NCBI GenBank assembly: GCA_964248365.1
Contig: CAXTYC010000014.1
Location: 1-54,363 of the forward strand
Direction: 5' to 3'
DNA from: an uncultured Chroococcidiopsis sp.
Lineage (GTDB): Bacteria > Cyanobacteriota > Cyanobacteriia > Cyanobacteriales > Chroococcidiopsidaceae
Length of the DNA stretch: 54,363 nt
Shown: positions 1-11,468 of the stretch, piece after piece
Numbering within the stretch: position 1 is the first letter of the stretch
Layout: each line of letters starts with the position of its first letter
Program-made: the position numbers and the translations under genes
Notes under the pieces: model-generated
Told to the model about the DNA's origin: nothing
Databases searched by the model: none
Seen by the model: the letters and a program-made list of their open reading frames with translations, nothing else

Positions 1-54
1 GATGGTGTCAAACCATCCTCTGCTACTGGGCGCGCGTCCTACTGCTATTGTCAT
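1..54 (-). CDS. psbD: Photosystem II D2 protein, N-terminal 18 codons (runs off the window)
   Basis: Reverse strand from ATG at 54 reads MTIAVGRAPSSRGWFDTI, the D2 N-terminus; GAGG RBS upstream; divergent from ycf4. Missing from the ORF track. Confidence 0.93.
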   Translation of the reverse strand, partial: MTIAVGRAPSSRGWFDTI

Positions 55-452
55 TTAACTAAAAATCCTCTTTTGTTTACTAAAAATTGCAACGTTTTGA
101 GGAATTAACTTTTTGACACTTCCAGCTGAACAACCGGAATTCGTGAGAAAATCACAGCTATGACGCTAAGTATTTCCTCACAGGGTACGCCAAATACCCC
201 GTGCCACCTTGCTGGTACTCCAGAGTGTGGCATTGCTTAATGTTTTTTAACTTATCACAGGATTCACGCTTTGGGCTTAATTCAGACGAGCTAAATTAAG
301 TCCTTAGCGCCAGGTTATTGATCTTAAAAATATCAGAAATTTTACAATTTGACACAACTTGCTCAGAAATTTCTTCAGCCTCGCGCTTAAACTTGCTATG
401 AATAATAATGAAATAGAAAACTGTCTTCAGATAGATTGAGCAGGGTAGTCAA

Positions 453-1052
453 ATGACGGCATCAACAACCACTAATCCAGGCGATTCCGAATTGAACGCC
501 AATAGCAATGCTTCAAGCATCCTGCATCTGCCAGTTTTAGGATCTCGTCGATTTAGCAATTACTGGTGGGCAACAGTTGTCTCGGTTGGAGCTACGGGTT
601 TTTTCCTATCTGCGCTTTCGAGTTATTTCAAAATCAATTTGATTCCTTTTGCCGATCCGACTGAACTTGCTTTCATTCCCCAAGGTATAGCGATAGGTTT
701 TTATGGCGTGGCAGGCTTGCTACTAGCTCTATACCTCTGGCTGATGATCATCTTGGATGTAGGCGGCGGTTACAACGAATTTAACAAACAGACTGGTCAA
801 GTTAGGATTTTTCGCTGGGGATTTCCAGGCAAAAATCGCCATATTGAACTTAACTTTCCCATCCAAGACGTGCAGGCTGTGCGATTAGACATTAAAGAAG
901 GCATAAATCCTCGTCGAGCGCTGTACTTACGTGCCAAAGGCAGGAGAAATGTGCCGCTAACGCGAGTCGGACAACCGATGTCTTTAACGCAATTGGAAAA
1001 CGAAGGAGCTAGTCTGGCTCGATTTTTGGGAGTGCCACTAGAAGGTTTATGA
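453..1052 (+). CDS. ycf4: Photosystem I assembly protein Ycf4
   Basis: GSRRFSNYWWA, FIPQG, VGGGYNEFNK, FRWGFPGKNR, PLTRVG and LARFLGVPLEG motifs; two TM helices. Confidence 0.97.
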   Translation: MTASTTTNPGDSELNANSNASSILHLPVLGSRRFSNYWWATVVSVGATGFFLSALSSYFKINLIPFADPTELAFIPQGIAIGFYGVAGLLLALYLWLMIILDVGGGYNEFNKQTGQVRIFRWGFPGKNRHIELNFPIQDVQAVRLDIKEGINPRRALYLRAKGRRNVPLTRVGQPMSLTQLENEGASLARFLGVPLEGL

Positions 1053-1124
1053 CTAGGGCTGTTGCAGTAGTAGAGTTGCCAATGAGATGATGGGAGACTC
1101 AAGTTTGAGGCGCGTAAAGATCCA

Positions 1125-1886
1125 ATGCAGCTAAAAATCCGACAATGGTTAGTCTTGATTTTTGTTATTGGTGGGTTACTTGTGGGAGGATGTACGCCTA
1201 ATTCTGCTGCCAGTACCTCTTCCTCTACAGCTTCAGCTACCCAAACCACATCTATAGCTACTACGGGGGCAAGTAGTCCAAACATGAAAAATTTACCAGT
1301 CCTAGAAGGCAAAGCAACAGTGGTAATGACGGTCAAAGGAAAACCGATTACCATCGAAGTAGATGGAACAGATGCACCGATTACAGCAGGCAATTTCGTG
1401 GATCTTGTCCAAAAAGGTGTTTACGATGGGCTAGTGTTTCATCGGGTTGTGCGACAGCCGCAGCCTTTTGTAGTGCAAGGTGGAGATCCGCAAAGTAAAG
1501 ACCCAAAAGTGCCACCACAGAGATTAGGAACTGGCGGTTATAAAGACCCTAAAACAGGGGTTGAGCGCTCAATTCCCTTGGAAATTAAGCCAGAAGGAGC
1601 AGAAACTCCGATTTACAGTCGGACATTTGAAAGTGCTGGAGTTAATGCACCACCAGTACTGAAGCATACTCGTGGTGCTGTAGCAATGGCGCGATCGCAA
1701 CAGCCGGATTCTGCTTCTTCTCAGTTTTACTTTGCTTTGGCTGATCTGGCTTTCCTTGATGGCAGCTATGCTGTATTTGGCAAAGTTACCGATGGGATGA
1801 ATGTGGTTGACTCTATTCAACAGGGCGATCGCATTGACTCAGCCAAGGTAACTCAAGGCTTGGAAAACCTCAAACATAATTCGTAA
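1125..1886 (+). CDS. Cyclophilin-type peptidyl-prolyl cis-trans isomerase, probable lipoprotein
   Basis: APITAGNF, FHRV, VVQGGDP, HTRGAVAMARS, SASSQFY, YAVFGKV; signal peptide with lipobox-like LVGGC. Confidence 0.93.
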   Translation: MQLKIRQWLVLIFVIGGLLVGGCTPNSAASTSSSTASATQTTSIATTGASSPNMKNLPVLEGKATVVMTVKGKPITIEVDGTDAPITAGNFVDLVQKGVYDGLVFHRVVRQPQPFVVQGGDPQSKDPKVPPQRLGTGGYKDPKTGVERSIPLEIKPEGAETPIYSRTFESAGVNAPPVLKHTRGAVAMARSQQPDSASSQFYFALADLAFLDGSYAVFGKVTDGMNVVDSIQQGDRIDSAKVTQGLENLKHNS

Positions 1887-1980
1887 TTCGTAATTCGTAA
1901 TTCGTGAGGAGTCAGTAGTCAGTAGTCACTAGTTCTCCCCCTCTCCCCATCTCCCCATTTCCCCCTCTCCCTAGCCCCTA
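1877..1980. repeat. Short tandem repeats (STRR): (TAATTCG)x4, AGTAGTC and C-rich repeats
   Basis: Read directly; a TAATTCG array recurs near 24752-24778. Confidence 0.85.
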
Positions 1981-1982
1981 AA

Positions 1983-3179
1983 GTGCAGGTTGTCGTAACT
2001 GGTATCGGTTTGATTTCTAGCTTGGGTAATAGCTTAGAAACAAGTTGGCAAAACTTAATATATGGCAAGTCTGGAATTAAGTTATGTCAACCCTTTTTAG
2101 AACATGAGGCGCATCGTTATGCGCCCCTACCACTACGACCGCTAGCACTAATTGACGAGTCACCAGCTTCGTTAACAAAACTGACAGAGCTGGTTGTTGC
2201 ATCTGCTTTACAAGATGCTGGGTTAACTCCTCCGTTACCAGATTGTGGCGTAGTGATTGGTTCTAGTCGCAGTCATCAGGCGGACTGGGAACAACTGGCA
2301 CGACAGATGTACCCAGGGGCGGGAAATGAGGAGGATTTGAGCAATAGGGAAGTGGGTTTAGAACTGTGGTTGGATACATTACCCCACATGAATGGGATCG
2401 CAGCTGCTCGTCAAATTGGGTCAAATGGTCAGGTATTAGCACCAATGAATGCTTGTGCGACGGGAATTTGGGCGATCGCAAATGCTGCGCTCTTGATAGA
2501 AACTGGGCAATGTCAGCGAGTCATTGCAGGAGCAGTGGAAACACCGATTACACCTTTAACCCTAGCTGGATTTAAGCAGATGGGAGCTTTGGCAACGTCG
2601 GGGGCTTATCCTTTCGATTGTCACAGGGAAGGATTAGTCTTAGGAGAGGGAGCAGCCCTTCTGGTGCTGGAATCAGCCTCCTTAGCAAAACAAAGAGCAG
2701 CAAAAGTATACGGTCAAGTTTTGGGTTTTGGCTTGACAAATGATGCATATCATGCTACAGCTTTAGAGCCGAGTGGGAGGAGTGCGATCGCTGCTGTAAA
2801 GCAATGTTTAGACCGAAGTAACCTGACACTGGCTGATATAGATTACATTCACGCTCATGGTACAGCCACCAGGCTAAACGACAAGCATGAGGCACAGCTA
2901 ATCGGGCATTTGTTTCCCCAAGGTGTTCCCGTCAGTTCTACAAAGGGAGCTACTGGACACACATTGGGAGCTTCTGGAGCTTTGGGAGCGGCTTTTTGTC
3001 TGATGGCATTGCAAGATCAAATTATGCCGCCTTGTGTGGGGTTGCAAACACCAGAATTTGATTTAGATTTGGTGAGTGCAGCACGGCGGGGCGAGATTAA
3101 GCAAGTGCTGTGTTTCAGTTTTGGTTTTGGTGGTCAAAATGCGGTGGTAGCTTTGGGTAAATCAGAGGGACTAGGCTAG
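1983..3179 (+). CDS. Beta-ketoacyl-ACP synthase (FabF-like paralog)
   Basis: VVVTGIG, catalytic Cys in NACATG, HAHGTAT, STKGATGH, SFGFGGQN; GTG start. Confidence 0.9.
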   Translation: MQVVVTGIGLISSLGNSLETSWQNLIYGKSGIKLCQPFLEHEAHRYAPLPLRPLALIDESPASLTKLTELVVASALQDAGLTPPLPDCGVVIGSSRSHQADWEQLARQMYPGAGNEEDLSNREVGLELWLDTLPHMNGIAAARQIGSNGQVLAPMNACATGIWAIANAALLIETGQCQRVIAGAVETPITPLTLAGFKQMGALATSGAYPFDCHREGLVLGEGAALLVLESASLAKQRAAKVYGQVLGFGLTNDAYHATALEPSGRSAIAAVKQCLDRSNLTLADIDYIHAHGTATRLNDKHEAQLIGHLFPQGVPVSSTKGATGHTLGASGALGAAFCLMALQDQIMPPCVGLQTPEFDLDLVSAARRGEIKQVLCFSFGFGGQNAVVALGKSEGLG

Positions 3180-3294
3180 ATAGAGGGCAGGGGGAGCATC
3201 GGGGAGAAATTACCTTTACCCTTTAGCCTTTGCCTTTACCCTTGTCCCTTGTCGGGTTGTCTCCTTCTTCCTATAGAAGAGGCTTAACCTATCA

Positions 3295-4064
3295 TCAAGT
3301 TGCTAGATAACCGCCATCCACGACTAGCGTCTGTCCTGTTATGTATGAAGCGGCTTCGGAACACAGAAACAGGACAGTTGAAGCGATTTCTTCAGGACTA
3401 CCCATGCGTCCCATCGGAATCATATTCGTTAACTGCTGGTTCGCTGCCTGTGCATCACCCATACCTTCTGCATAGCGAACAATCATATCAGTAGCGATTA
3501 CGCCAGGATTGACAGTGTTTATACGAATCCCCAATTTGGCATAATCAAGCGCGGCTGATTTGGTTAAGCCCATGACGGCGTGTTTGCTTGCGTTATAGGG
3601 ACTAATGTTGGGAAAGGCTATGAGTCCCCCATCGATGAGTTATTTACGATCGCACTGCCCCCCTGGCGTAGCATTTGGACGATTTCATACTTCATACACA
3701 GGAATACCCCGCGTACATTAATTGCCATGAGTTGATCGAACCGTTCTACTGATTGTTCATGCAGCGGTAAATTCTCGCCGTCAATCCCAGCATTATTGAA
3801 GGCGTAATCCAAGCGACCATAGGTTTCTACTGTTTTGTTGACCAAAGCTTCAACTTCTTCCGCCTGGGTAACATCTGTTTGCAAGAATAAGGCTTCACCG
3901 CCAGCTTCTTTGGCTAAGCGCACGGTTTCCTCACCTTCCTGGGTACGACGAGCAGCAACAACAACTTTTGCTCCCTCTTGGGCAACAGCGATCGCTGTTG
4001 CCCGACCAATTCCTGAACTACCGCCTGTTACAATTGCTACTTTACCATCTAATTTAGTTGCCAT
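3295..4064 (-). pseudogene. Short-chain dehydrogenase/reductase, frameshifted
   Basis: TGGSSGIG and NNAG are in the 3618-4064 ORF. Adding one G to the G5 run (C 3626-3630) restores [22 protein letters not shown] (YxxxK) and joins it to the 3295-3573 ORF. Confidence 0.85.
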
Positions 4065-4238
4065 GATTCATCGTTCCTTGAATTACTTGGGTTAGGTGTA
4101 AGTTGATTTGAAGCAAGATTGAAAAATCAGTTGCTTGAGCTAAATTTGCGCGTGGGGGCTGATAGGGTTGAGGTGCGTTGGCTTCGGTTGCAATAGTTTG
4201 GTATAATTTCAAGCGCGTCTGGTTCACACTATCTAGCT

Positions 4239-4351
4239 CTACTGGGCAAACAGAGATTCAAACCCCGTGTATGGCTTGAGGGGTAGTACCTCAATCTTCA
4301 ATACACCTGCTTTCACCATTGGGAATTGAGCAGCTATTTCTTGCATTGCAT
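4239..4351 (-). pseudogene. 35-aa C-terminal remnant of a small protein (possibly muconolactone-isomerase/YCII-like)
   Basis: MQEIAAQFPMVKAGVLKIEVLPLKPYTGFESLFAQ* from ATG 4346. An out-of-frame ATG at 4351 follows an AGGA RBS, which suggests internal deletion. Family is inferred. Confidence 0.45.
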
Positions 4352-4387
4352 AATTACTGTCCTAAATTGAGGATTAATTGCGCTCGC

Positions 4388-5018
4388 CTATCGTCTCAAC
4401 AGTGAAAATACATATTCCTGCCCAATGCCTGACTTGGCAACTTCAACCCAAAGTTGCTCCATCGGTTCAAGGAAGCGCGACGTTTGAATACCGCCTACAT
4501 CAAACGGTTCAAATCCGCTGTCGGCGATTAACGTGGCAACTACACTTTTAGACTGAGCATCGTCACCGCAAAAGAACAGTACCGGAGTAACATCTCCAAA
4601 TTTGCGAGATTCACTTTCTAGAATGTTTGCGCTAACAGTATTGTAGGCTTTAACAACCTTGGCTCCTTTTGCACGTCTGGCAACTTCTTCGCCACCAGAA
4701 TTTGACCTGCCAATTTCGAGTATGGTAGATTCAGGATTTAGGGGATTAGTGGCATCAATCAGAATTTTGCCTTCCAAGCGATCCAACCGATGCAATCGCA
4801 TCATCAACCTGATGCCAAGGCACTGCCAAAAGCACAACATCGCCAAACTCTGCTGCTTGCTTAGGACTACCAGAGGCAGCATTTGCACCAGCTTTTGTAG
4901 CTAGATCTGGCAATTTTTGCTCGTCACGGGAACCGCTGAACATGACTTGATGACCGCTAGCTGCCCAGATTTTCCCTAAGCCACCGATTCTACCTGAGCC
5001 AATAATGCCAATTTTCAT
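4388..5018 (-). pseudogene. NADPH-dependent F420 reductase-like oxidoreductase, frameshifted
   Basis: MKIGIIGSGRIG and DVVLLAVPW in one frame; GKILIDATNP, VVKAYNTV, CGDD and LEPM in another; one extra base near 4775-4779. Confidence 0.85.
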
Positions 5019-5083
5019 TAGTAATGCCTCGATCGCCTGCTTGTAATATTAATTAAGCTTAGCGATCGCACTGTGTCCACATC

Positions 5084-5115
5084 TTGCACGTTCTCGCTGT
5101 ACGATTGCACGTTCT
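5084..5115 (-). promoter_or_regulatory. Tandem direct repeat, putative AraC-family binding site
   Basis: TTGCACGTTCT at 5084-5094 and 5105-5115 (21-bp period), between the AraC gene and the oxidoreductase start. Confidence 0.6.
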
Positions 5116-5117
5116 TG

Positions 5118-5990
5118 CTATTTTTCCAGCAGTGTTTTGGGAGTTACCCATAGCTGGCGTTTAAAGTGGTGGTTAAGGTGGCTTTGATGGGCAAACCCAA
5201 CGGTATAGGCAACAGCGGCGATCGTAAGTTCTCCTTGAAGCAGCAACCGCTTTGCACGTTCGACTCGGCAACGAATTACATACTGATGGGGAGTAAATCC
5301 GGTTGACTGTTTAAATAACCGTGCAAAATGATGGGGACTCATTTGCACCAATGCTGCTAAATTAACCAAGCTTAAATCTTGGTCTAAGTAATCATGAATA
5401 TATTCAATCACCAGGCTTAGCTTATGTTTGGATAAACCACCCTGCCATTTTTGTAGCGACTTGTGCGAATCTGAGTAATGTTTTAGCAAATGGACTGCCA
5501 AGAAATTTGCCATTGACTCAACATATAATCGTTCAAGTTCACCGCGTTGCAACAGCGATCGCAGTGTCAGCCCTAGTTGCCTAATTAGGGGATCGTTGGC
5601 TGTCCAGTTTTCTACAATTTCAACCGTCGCGCCCCTAAATTCCTCGGTTGCATGAGCAACAAGATCAGTCGCTAGATAAATCGAAAGCAGTGAAGATTCT
5701 TTTTGCCAAACAATCTCACGCGGGAGGTGAGACGGAATAATTGATACCTGCTCTGAATAAATCGATTGCTGCTTTTGAATGCCGCTTGCTGTTTGCCATT
5801 TTACTTGAATTAACGAATTTTCAAGTGGTACAGCAATCTTAATTTGCGGATGACTATGTTCGGGAAAATGCGTCGGACAAAAGTGTGCATCAATAATGTG
5901 AATACCATTTAATTGCAGGGACTTTTCCCAAGTCAGTTGCTTGGGATCAACTTCTTCTACGAAAACCATAGGTTGATTCTTTGTAGGCAT
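5118..5990 (-). CDS. AraC-family transcriptional regulator
   Basis: C-terminal double HTH (LAALVQMSPHHFARLFKQSTG...VGFAHQSHLNHHFKR); cupin-like N-terminus (EHSH). Confidence 0.93.
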   Translation of the reverse strand: MPTKNQPMVFVEEVDPKQLTWEKSLQLNGIHIIDAHFCPTHFPEHSHPQIKIAVPLENSLIQVKWQTASGIQKQQSIYSEQVSIIPSHLPREIVWQKESSLLSIYLATDLVAHATEEFRGATVEIVENWTANDPLIRQLGLTLRSLLQRGELERLYVESMANFLAVHLLKHYSDSHKSLQKWQGGLSKHKLSLVIEYIHDYLDQDLSLVNLAALVQMSPHHFARLFKQSTGFTPHQYVIRCRVERAKRLLLQGELTIAAVAYTVGFAHQSHLNHHFKRQLWVTPKTLLEK

Positions 5991-6140
5991 TAGCTTCCCC
6001 TTTTCTCGTAGTTATGAAGTTTTGGTAGCCCCCCTGCCCCTGTTAGAATACCAGGAGTTCGAGTAGCAACGAAATAATAAAAGAGTTGAAGCACACAATG
6101 CTTGTTTAGTATAGTTTAGGTGTCTGGAGGTATAACCAGC

Positions 6141-7541
6141 ATGAATCGGGTTGATTTAGCATTTACTCCAGCTTTAGAACAGGCAAAGCTGATTCGTAAT
6201 AAGGAAGTGTCGCCTTACGAGTTGGTGCAGCTTTACCTAGAACGCATTGGGCGGTTAGATGGGCAGCTAGGTAGTTATTTTACCGTCATGGCAGAACAGG
6301 CGATCGCAGATGCTAAAGCAAAAACTGAGCAACTTACAACTAGTTCAGAACTACCTGCTTTTTTTGGTGTACCGATTTCAATTAAAGATCTTTACCTGGT
6401 TGCTGGTGTTCCCTGTACCTACGGAATTGCTGCTTTGAAAGAAAGAGTGGCTGAATATGATGTTGGTATAGTGACGCGGATACGTGAGGCAGGGTTTACA
6501 ATTCTGGGCAAAACAGCTACATCTGAATTAGGTTCATTTCCTTACACTGAACCTACGGGTTTTCCCCCAAGTCGTAATCCTTGGAATTTAGAATATACGT
6601 CGGGTGGTTCCAGTGGCGGTGCGGCGGCGGCTGTAGCAGGGGGATTATGTGCGATCGCGCAAGGTTCGGATGGTGGTGGTTCAATTCGTGGTCCCGCTTT
6701 TTGTTGTGGTTTAGTCGGAATTAAGCCAGCACGGGGAAGAGTTTCTTATGCACCAGTGGGCGATCGCTTGAGTGGAATTGCGGCAATTGGTTCATTAGCT
6801 CGTACTGTTGCAGATGCCGCAGCATTGCTAGATGTAATGTCTGGCTACACAACGGGCGATCCTTACTGGTTGCCCGATCCAAACGAGTCGTTTCTCGCTG
6901 CTACCACTCAACCACCAAATTCTTTGCGTATCGCTTTTACTACAACTGTGCCACCCATCGGCGAAGTGGATGTCGAGTGTCAGCAAGCCGTTTTACAGGT
7001 GGTGCAGCTGCTACAAGAATTGGGACATCAAGTTGAACCCAGCTGCCCCGATTTCAATAATTTAACTGAACCGTTTACTACAGTTTGGCAAACAGGAGTA
7101 GCATCAGCTGGAATTCCGAAAGAATTACTACAGCCAGTGAATCAATGGTTACTAGAACGAACGAGTTCTGCGGGTGAATACCTACAAGCTGTGACGCAAA
7201 TGCAAATCATTGCCCGACGAATTGTAGCATTCTTTGAGCGCTTCGATGTGCTGATACTACCGACTTATCTACATCCGACAATTCGTGTTGGTGAATGGGC
7301 GAATCTTAGTCCAGAAGAGACATTTCAAAAGATTATTGATTGGGTTGCGCCTTGTGCGCCGTTTAATGCTAGTGGACAACCTGCGATCGCCCTACCTACT
7401 GGTTTTGACTCCAACGGTTTACCACTTGGAATTCAAATCGTTGGTCGTCCAGCCGCTGAAGCTACCATTATCGCCCTAGCTGCTCAGCTAGAAGACGCTC
7501 TTGCTTGGAATCACCAGCGCCCAGCCTTTGCCAACTGCTAA
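6141..7541 (+). CDS. Amidase signature family protein
   Basis: GVPISIKD, GGSSGGAAAAVA, GSDGGGSIRGPA; ATG 6141 follows GGAGG. Confidence 0.93.
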   Translation: MNRVDLAFTPALEQAKLIRNKEVSPYELVQLYLERIGRLDGQLGSYFTVMAEQAIADAKAKTEQLTTSSELPAFFGVPISIKDLYLVAGVPCTYGIAALKERVAEYDVGIVTRIREAGFTILGKTATSELGSFPYTEPTGFPPSRNPWNLEYTSGGSSGGAAAAVAGGLCAIAQGSDGGGSIRGPAFCCGLVGIKPARGRVSYAPVGDRLSGIAAIGSLARTVADAAALLDVMSGYTTGDPYWLPDPNESFLAATTQPPNSLRIAFTTTVPPIGEVDVECQQAVLQVVQLLQELGHQVEPSCPDFNNLTEPFTTVWQTGVASAGIPKELLQPVNQWLLERTSSAGEYLQAVTQMQIIARRIVAFFERFDVLILPTYLHPTIRVGEWANLSPEETFQKIIDWVAPCAPFNASGQPAIALPTGFDSNGLPLGIQIVGRPAAEATIIALAAQLEDALAWNHQRPAFANC

Positions 7542-7608
7542 TAATTAGGGCATTTAATGAACATTGATAATTGACTGGGTTTTAGGGTAAGATTAAAAGT
7601 TTGCATAA

Positions 7609-8634
<1,026 letters not shown>

Positions 8635-9138
8635 GATTTGCCTTTGCATCCTGCCAAAAACATCTCTATGGCAAAGATTGCTTGTTTAAATGCCCAAATA
8701 TTATAGTGTAGGTAATACCATCGGCGTTTTTGCTGGAGATTGGTGTTACCTAGCTATATCTAATTCTGATTTCAACGCCAGTTCTAGACAACGGAAACGT
8801 TCGTATCTACCCTCGTTCCCTCGTTCCGAAAAAATAGAGATACCCGCCTGATTTAAATATTGGTGCAAGATGCGATCGCGCTCATAACTCCACCCATCAT
8901 GATAAAAATCTAATTGGACGGACGAAAGATGCGATCGCCCTTTGATAGTAAGCTAATGTTCACTACCGTTGCACAAAAGATAGTCGTTTTAGGAGTCAGT
9001 TGTCAGGAGTTGTGGAGTCAGTAGGAAATTCTGTCTTCTGTCTTTTGTCGTGGGTCGAGCTTCGTGGCTCTCCCTCACATTACAGATATGCAAGCTTTGA
9101 TGACGATTAGCTTAACAGTGGGAGTCGTGGATATACCC

Positions 9139-9568
9139 TTACACCATTCTTCTAGTGTCGATTTCCTCTGTTTTTTCTGGTGCTATAAACCCAAAGTACG
9201 CACAAATCGCTGCTGTCACTGCATGGAGCCAGACATTATTACCAAAGATTGGATATTAAGTCGAACGTTGTGTTAGTGGCTGGAATCAAACCCATAACTG
9301 CTAGCGCTCCCTAGAAAATTGCCAATCCCTGGGCATATAATCGCGCATTAAAGCTCCAATAGGCAGCAATCCCCAACGCTCCAACTGTCAGATGTACGAT
9401 GTTATGCAAAACATTGATTGGAAACAAACCTAATAGGTAGCCATATCCAAAATCAACTGTGATATCAGGTGCATTGCTAGGTAGTGAACGCAGACTTGGT
9501 ACAAATCCCATTATGCCGACAAGCAGAAAGGCAATTCCAACGATCAAAGCTAAGTAGCGCGTCCTCAT
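9139..9568 (-). pseudogene. DUF4383-type small membrane protein with nonsense codon and frameshift
   Basis: LLGLFPINVLHNIVHL motif. Past TAG (9311-9313) the frame continues GALAVMGLIPATNTTF, and a shifted frame gives PIFGNNVWLHAVTAAICAYFGF...* ending at 9139. Confidence 0.8.
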
Positions 9569-9888
9569 AACTCATGCTCTCTTCTCTACAAGCTTGATTT
9601 TTTTCTACAGATAATTCTGTTGCCTTGCCTAGTTCATCTGTCGAAAAAATGGGCTAATTTTTAATTTTGTCTGTATCTTAGAATACAAAAAACCGTTGTG
9701 CAACCATTCAAAACTCTGTATGGTACGGTTTACTACAAATATTACTTTTGCCTTGGGTTAGCGATCTTGCATTACGGCTTCCCGATCTGCCATAGAAAGA
9801 CTAGCACTAATTCTATTGTCTGCCATTTCTATCACTTTTGTTGGGATACATAAGTAGAGTGTTCCCAAACTGATCCCAAACGAGTGCT

Positions 9889-10563
9889 ATGCATTGGAAG
9901 CGAAATCTTAAGGGCATATTAAATTTATTTCTGCAATCTAATTGCCCACTGTGTCAACGCCCAACAGAAGAAGAATTTTGTCAAGATTGTACTAGACAGT
10001 TGCAACGTTGTCAAAGGCAAAATCCTAGTTATCTATGGCAAGGAGAACTACCAGTATTTGTTTGGGGAGTGTATGGAGGAACGCTAAAAAGAGCGATCGC
10101 GGCGCTAAAATACGAAAACCAACCCCAAATAGCCCAACCTCTAGGCATAAGGTTGGCACAGACTTGGTTAAATGCAAAATTTGCTTCCCAAGTCATTGTT
10201 GTACCTATTCCACTCCACGCCGATAGGTTACATAAGCGAGGTTACAACCAAGCAACACTGCTAGCACAAAGTTTTTGCCAGATGACTGGATTACCTTTGC
10301 AACAAAATGGTTTAGAAAGGGTGCATAATACAGCAGCACAATTTGAGCTATCTGCAAGAGAACGAGAAAAAAACTTAACAAATGCATTTGGGCTAGGTTC
10401 AGCTTTTCGTCGTCACCGCCCAACAACGCCAATATTAATATTAGATGATATTTGTACTACTGGGGCAACAGTTTATTGGGCTGCTCAGACACTGCGCGAT
10501 GCAGGTATGAGAGTCTACGGAGTAGTGGCGATCGCCTCGTCTAGAAGAGAGCAGGAGAGATAG
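9889..10563 (+). CDS. comF: ComF family protein (zinc ribbon plus phosphoribosyltransferase-like domain)
   Basis: CPLC/CQDC, VPIPLH, RGYNQA, ILILDDICTTGAT. Confidence 0.9.
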   Translation: MHWKRNLKGILNLFLQSNCPLCQRPTEEEFCQDCTRQLQRCQRQNPSYLWQGELPVFVWGVYGGTLKRAIAALKYENQPQIAQPLGIRLAQTWLNAKFASQVIVVPIPLHADRLHKRGYNQATLLAQSFCQMTGLPLQQNGLERVHNTAAQFELSAREREKNLTNAFGLGSAFRRHRPTTPILILDDICTTGATVYWAAQTLRDAGMRVYGVVAIASSRREQER

Positions 10564-10729
10564 GGAGATGGGGCGAAATCCCCCCATTACAAGAGCCATC
10601 CCATCGGGTCATCCTCTTCTTCCTCTAGCCCCTAGCCTCCAGCCTCCAGCCCCTAACTCCTGACTTCTGACTTCTGACTCCTTTATAATGGACGGGTTTA
10701 GGCTATGAATGCAAAGAATACTGTGCTGA

Positions 10730-11197
10730 ATGTTTATTAAGGCTTTTACATCTGGGTTAAGCCAATTGCTCGTACCTGCCACATTGCTAGCAATTAGCAT
10801 CTGGGCAAACTCAGCGGTAGCTCAATGTAGCCGATGTAAGGTATACAACCCACTTGCTTTACCCGCCAGTCATGAAGTTAATGATACGCTATCAGAAAAA
10901 GATATTCCCACAGGTCAAGGCGGATTTGCGCGTGATTACGTAGTGCAATTGAATGCAGGTGACAATGTAGCAATTGATTTATCTTCTGACAGCTTTGATA
11001 CCATCGTTACCTTACTAGCAGAGGATGGCTCAACCGTATCAGAAAATGATGATGGTCCCGATGGTAGTACAAATTCCTTGCTGTTCACTCGGATCGCAAA
11101 AACAGGTAAGTATATTGTGCGCGTCCGAGCATTTGGTGCAACAGGATTTGGTAACTTTAAACTTAGGGTGACACGGCTGCAACCAGTTGGAGGATAG
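10730..11197 (+). CDS. Secreted PPC (pre-peptidase C-terminal) domain protein
   Basis: Signal peptide; DIPTGQGGFARDY, SDSFDT, ENDDGPDGSTNS, GKYIVRV. Confidence 0.8.
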   Translation: MFIKAFTSGLSQLLVPATLLAISIWANSAVAQCSRCKVYNPLALPASHEVNDTLSEKDIPTGQGGFARDYVVQLNAGDNVAIDLSSDSFDTIVTLLAEDGSTVSENDDGPDGSTNSLLFTRIAKTGKYIVRVRAFGATGFGNFKLRVTRLQPVGG

Positions 11198-11468
11198 ATT
11201 ATCAAATTAATTAGGTAATGGGTAGTAGAAAAAGGTGACATTTTAGGTCAAGTAGAATTCGTGTCTCTAATTTTCCGGCGTTGCTGCATAACCGCAAGCT
11301 GATTAATAGGAAAACTCTGTCCTGAAAAAGTTTTTGCAACACAACCGTAAGATTTTCTCGTAAAGGTGGGCATCTTAACTATAGTGCGCGAGTAGGTTGT
11401 GGAGCGATCGCATCACTGCTTACCTGGCTCTAAGTTACATCCCTCAGCCCAAAAAACAACTGACATCT

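Noticed and set aside
797..1393. 198-aa antisense ORF and similar shadow ORFs over tkt, fabF, amt, nagA and kdpB
   Set aside because: They overlap well-supported genes and show no motifs.
11277..11342. GGCGTTGC...GCAACAC (and GGCGTT...AACGCC at ~8723-8779) as MITEs
   Set aside because: Arms are too short and degenerate to support from this window alone.
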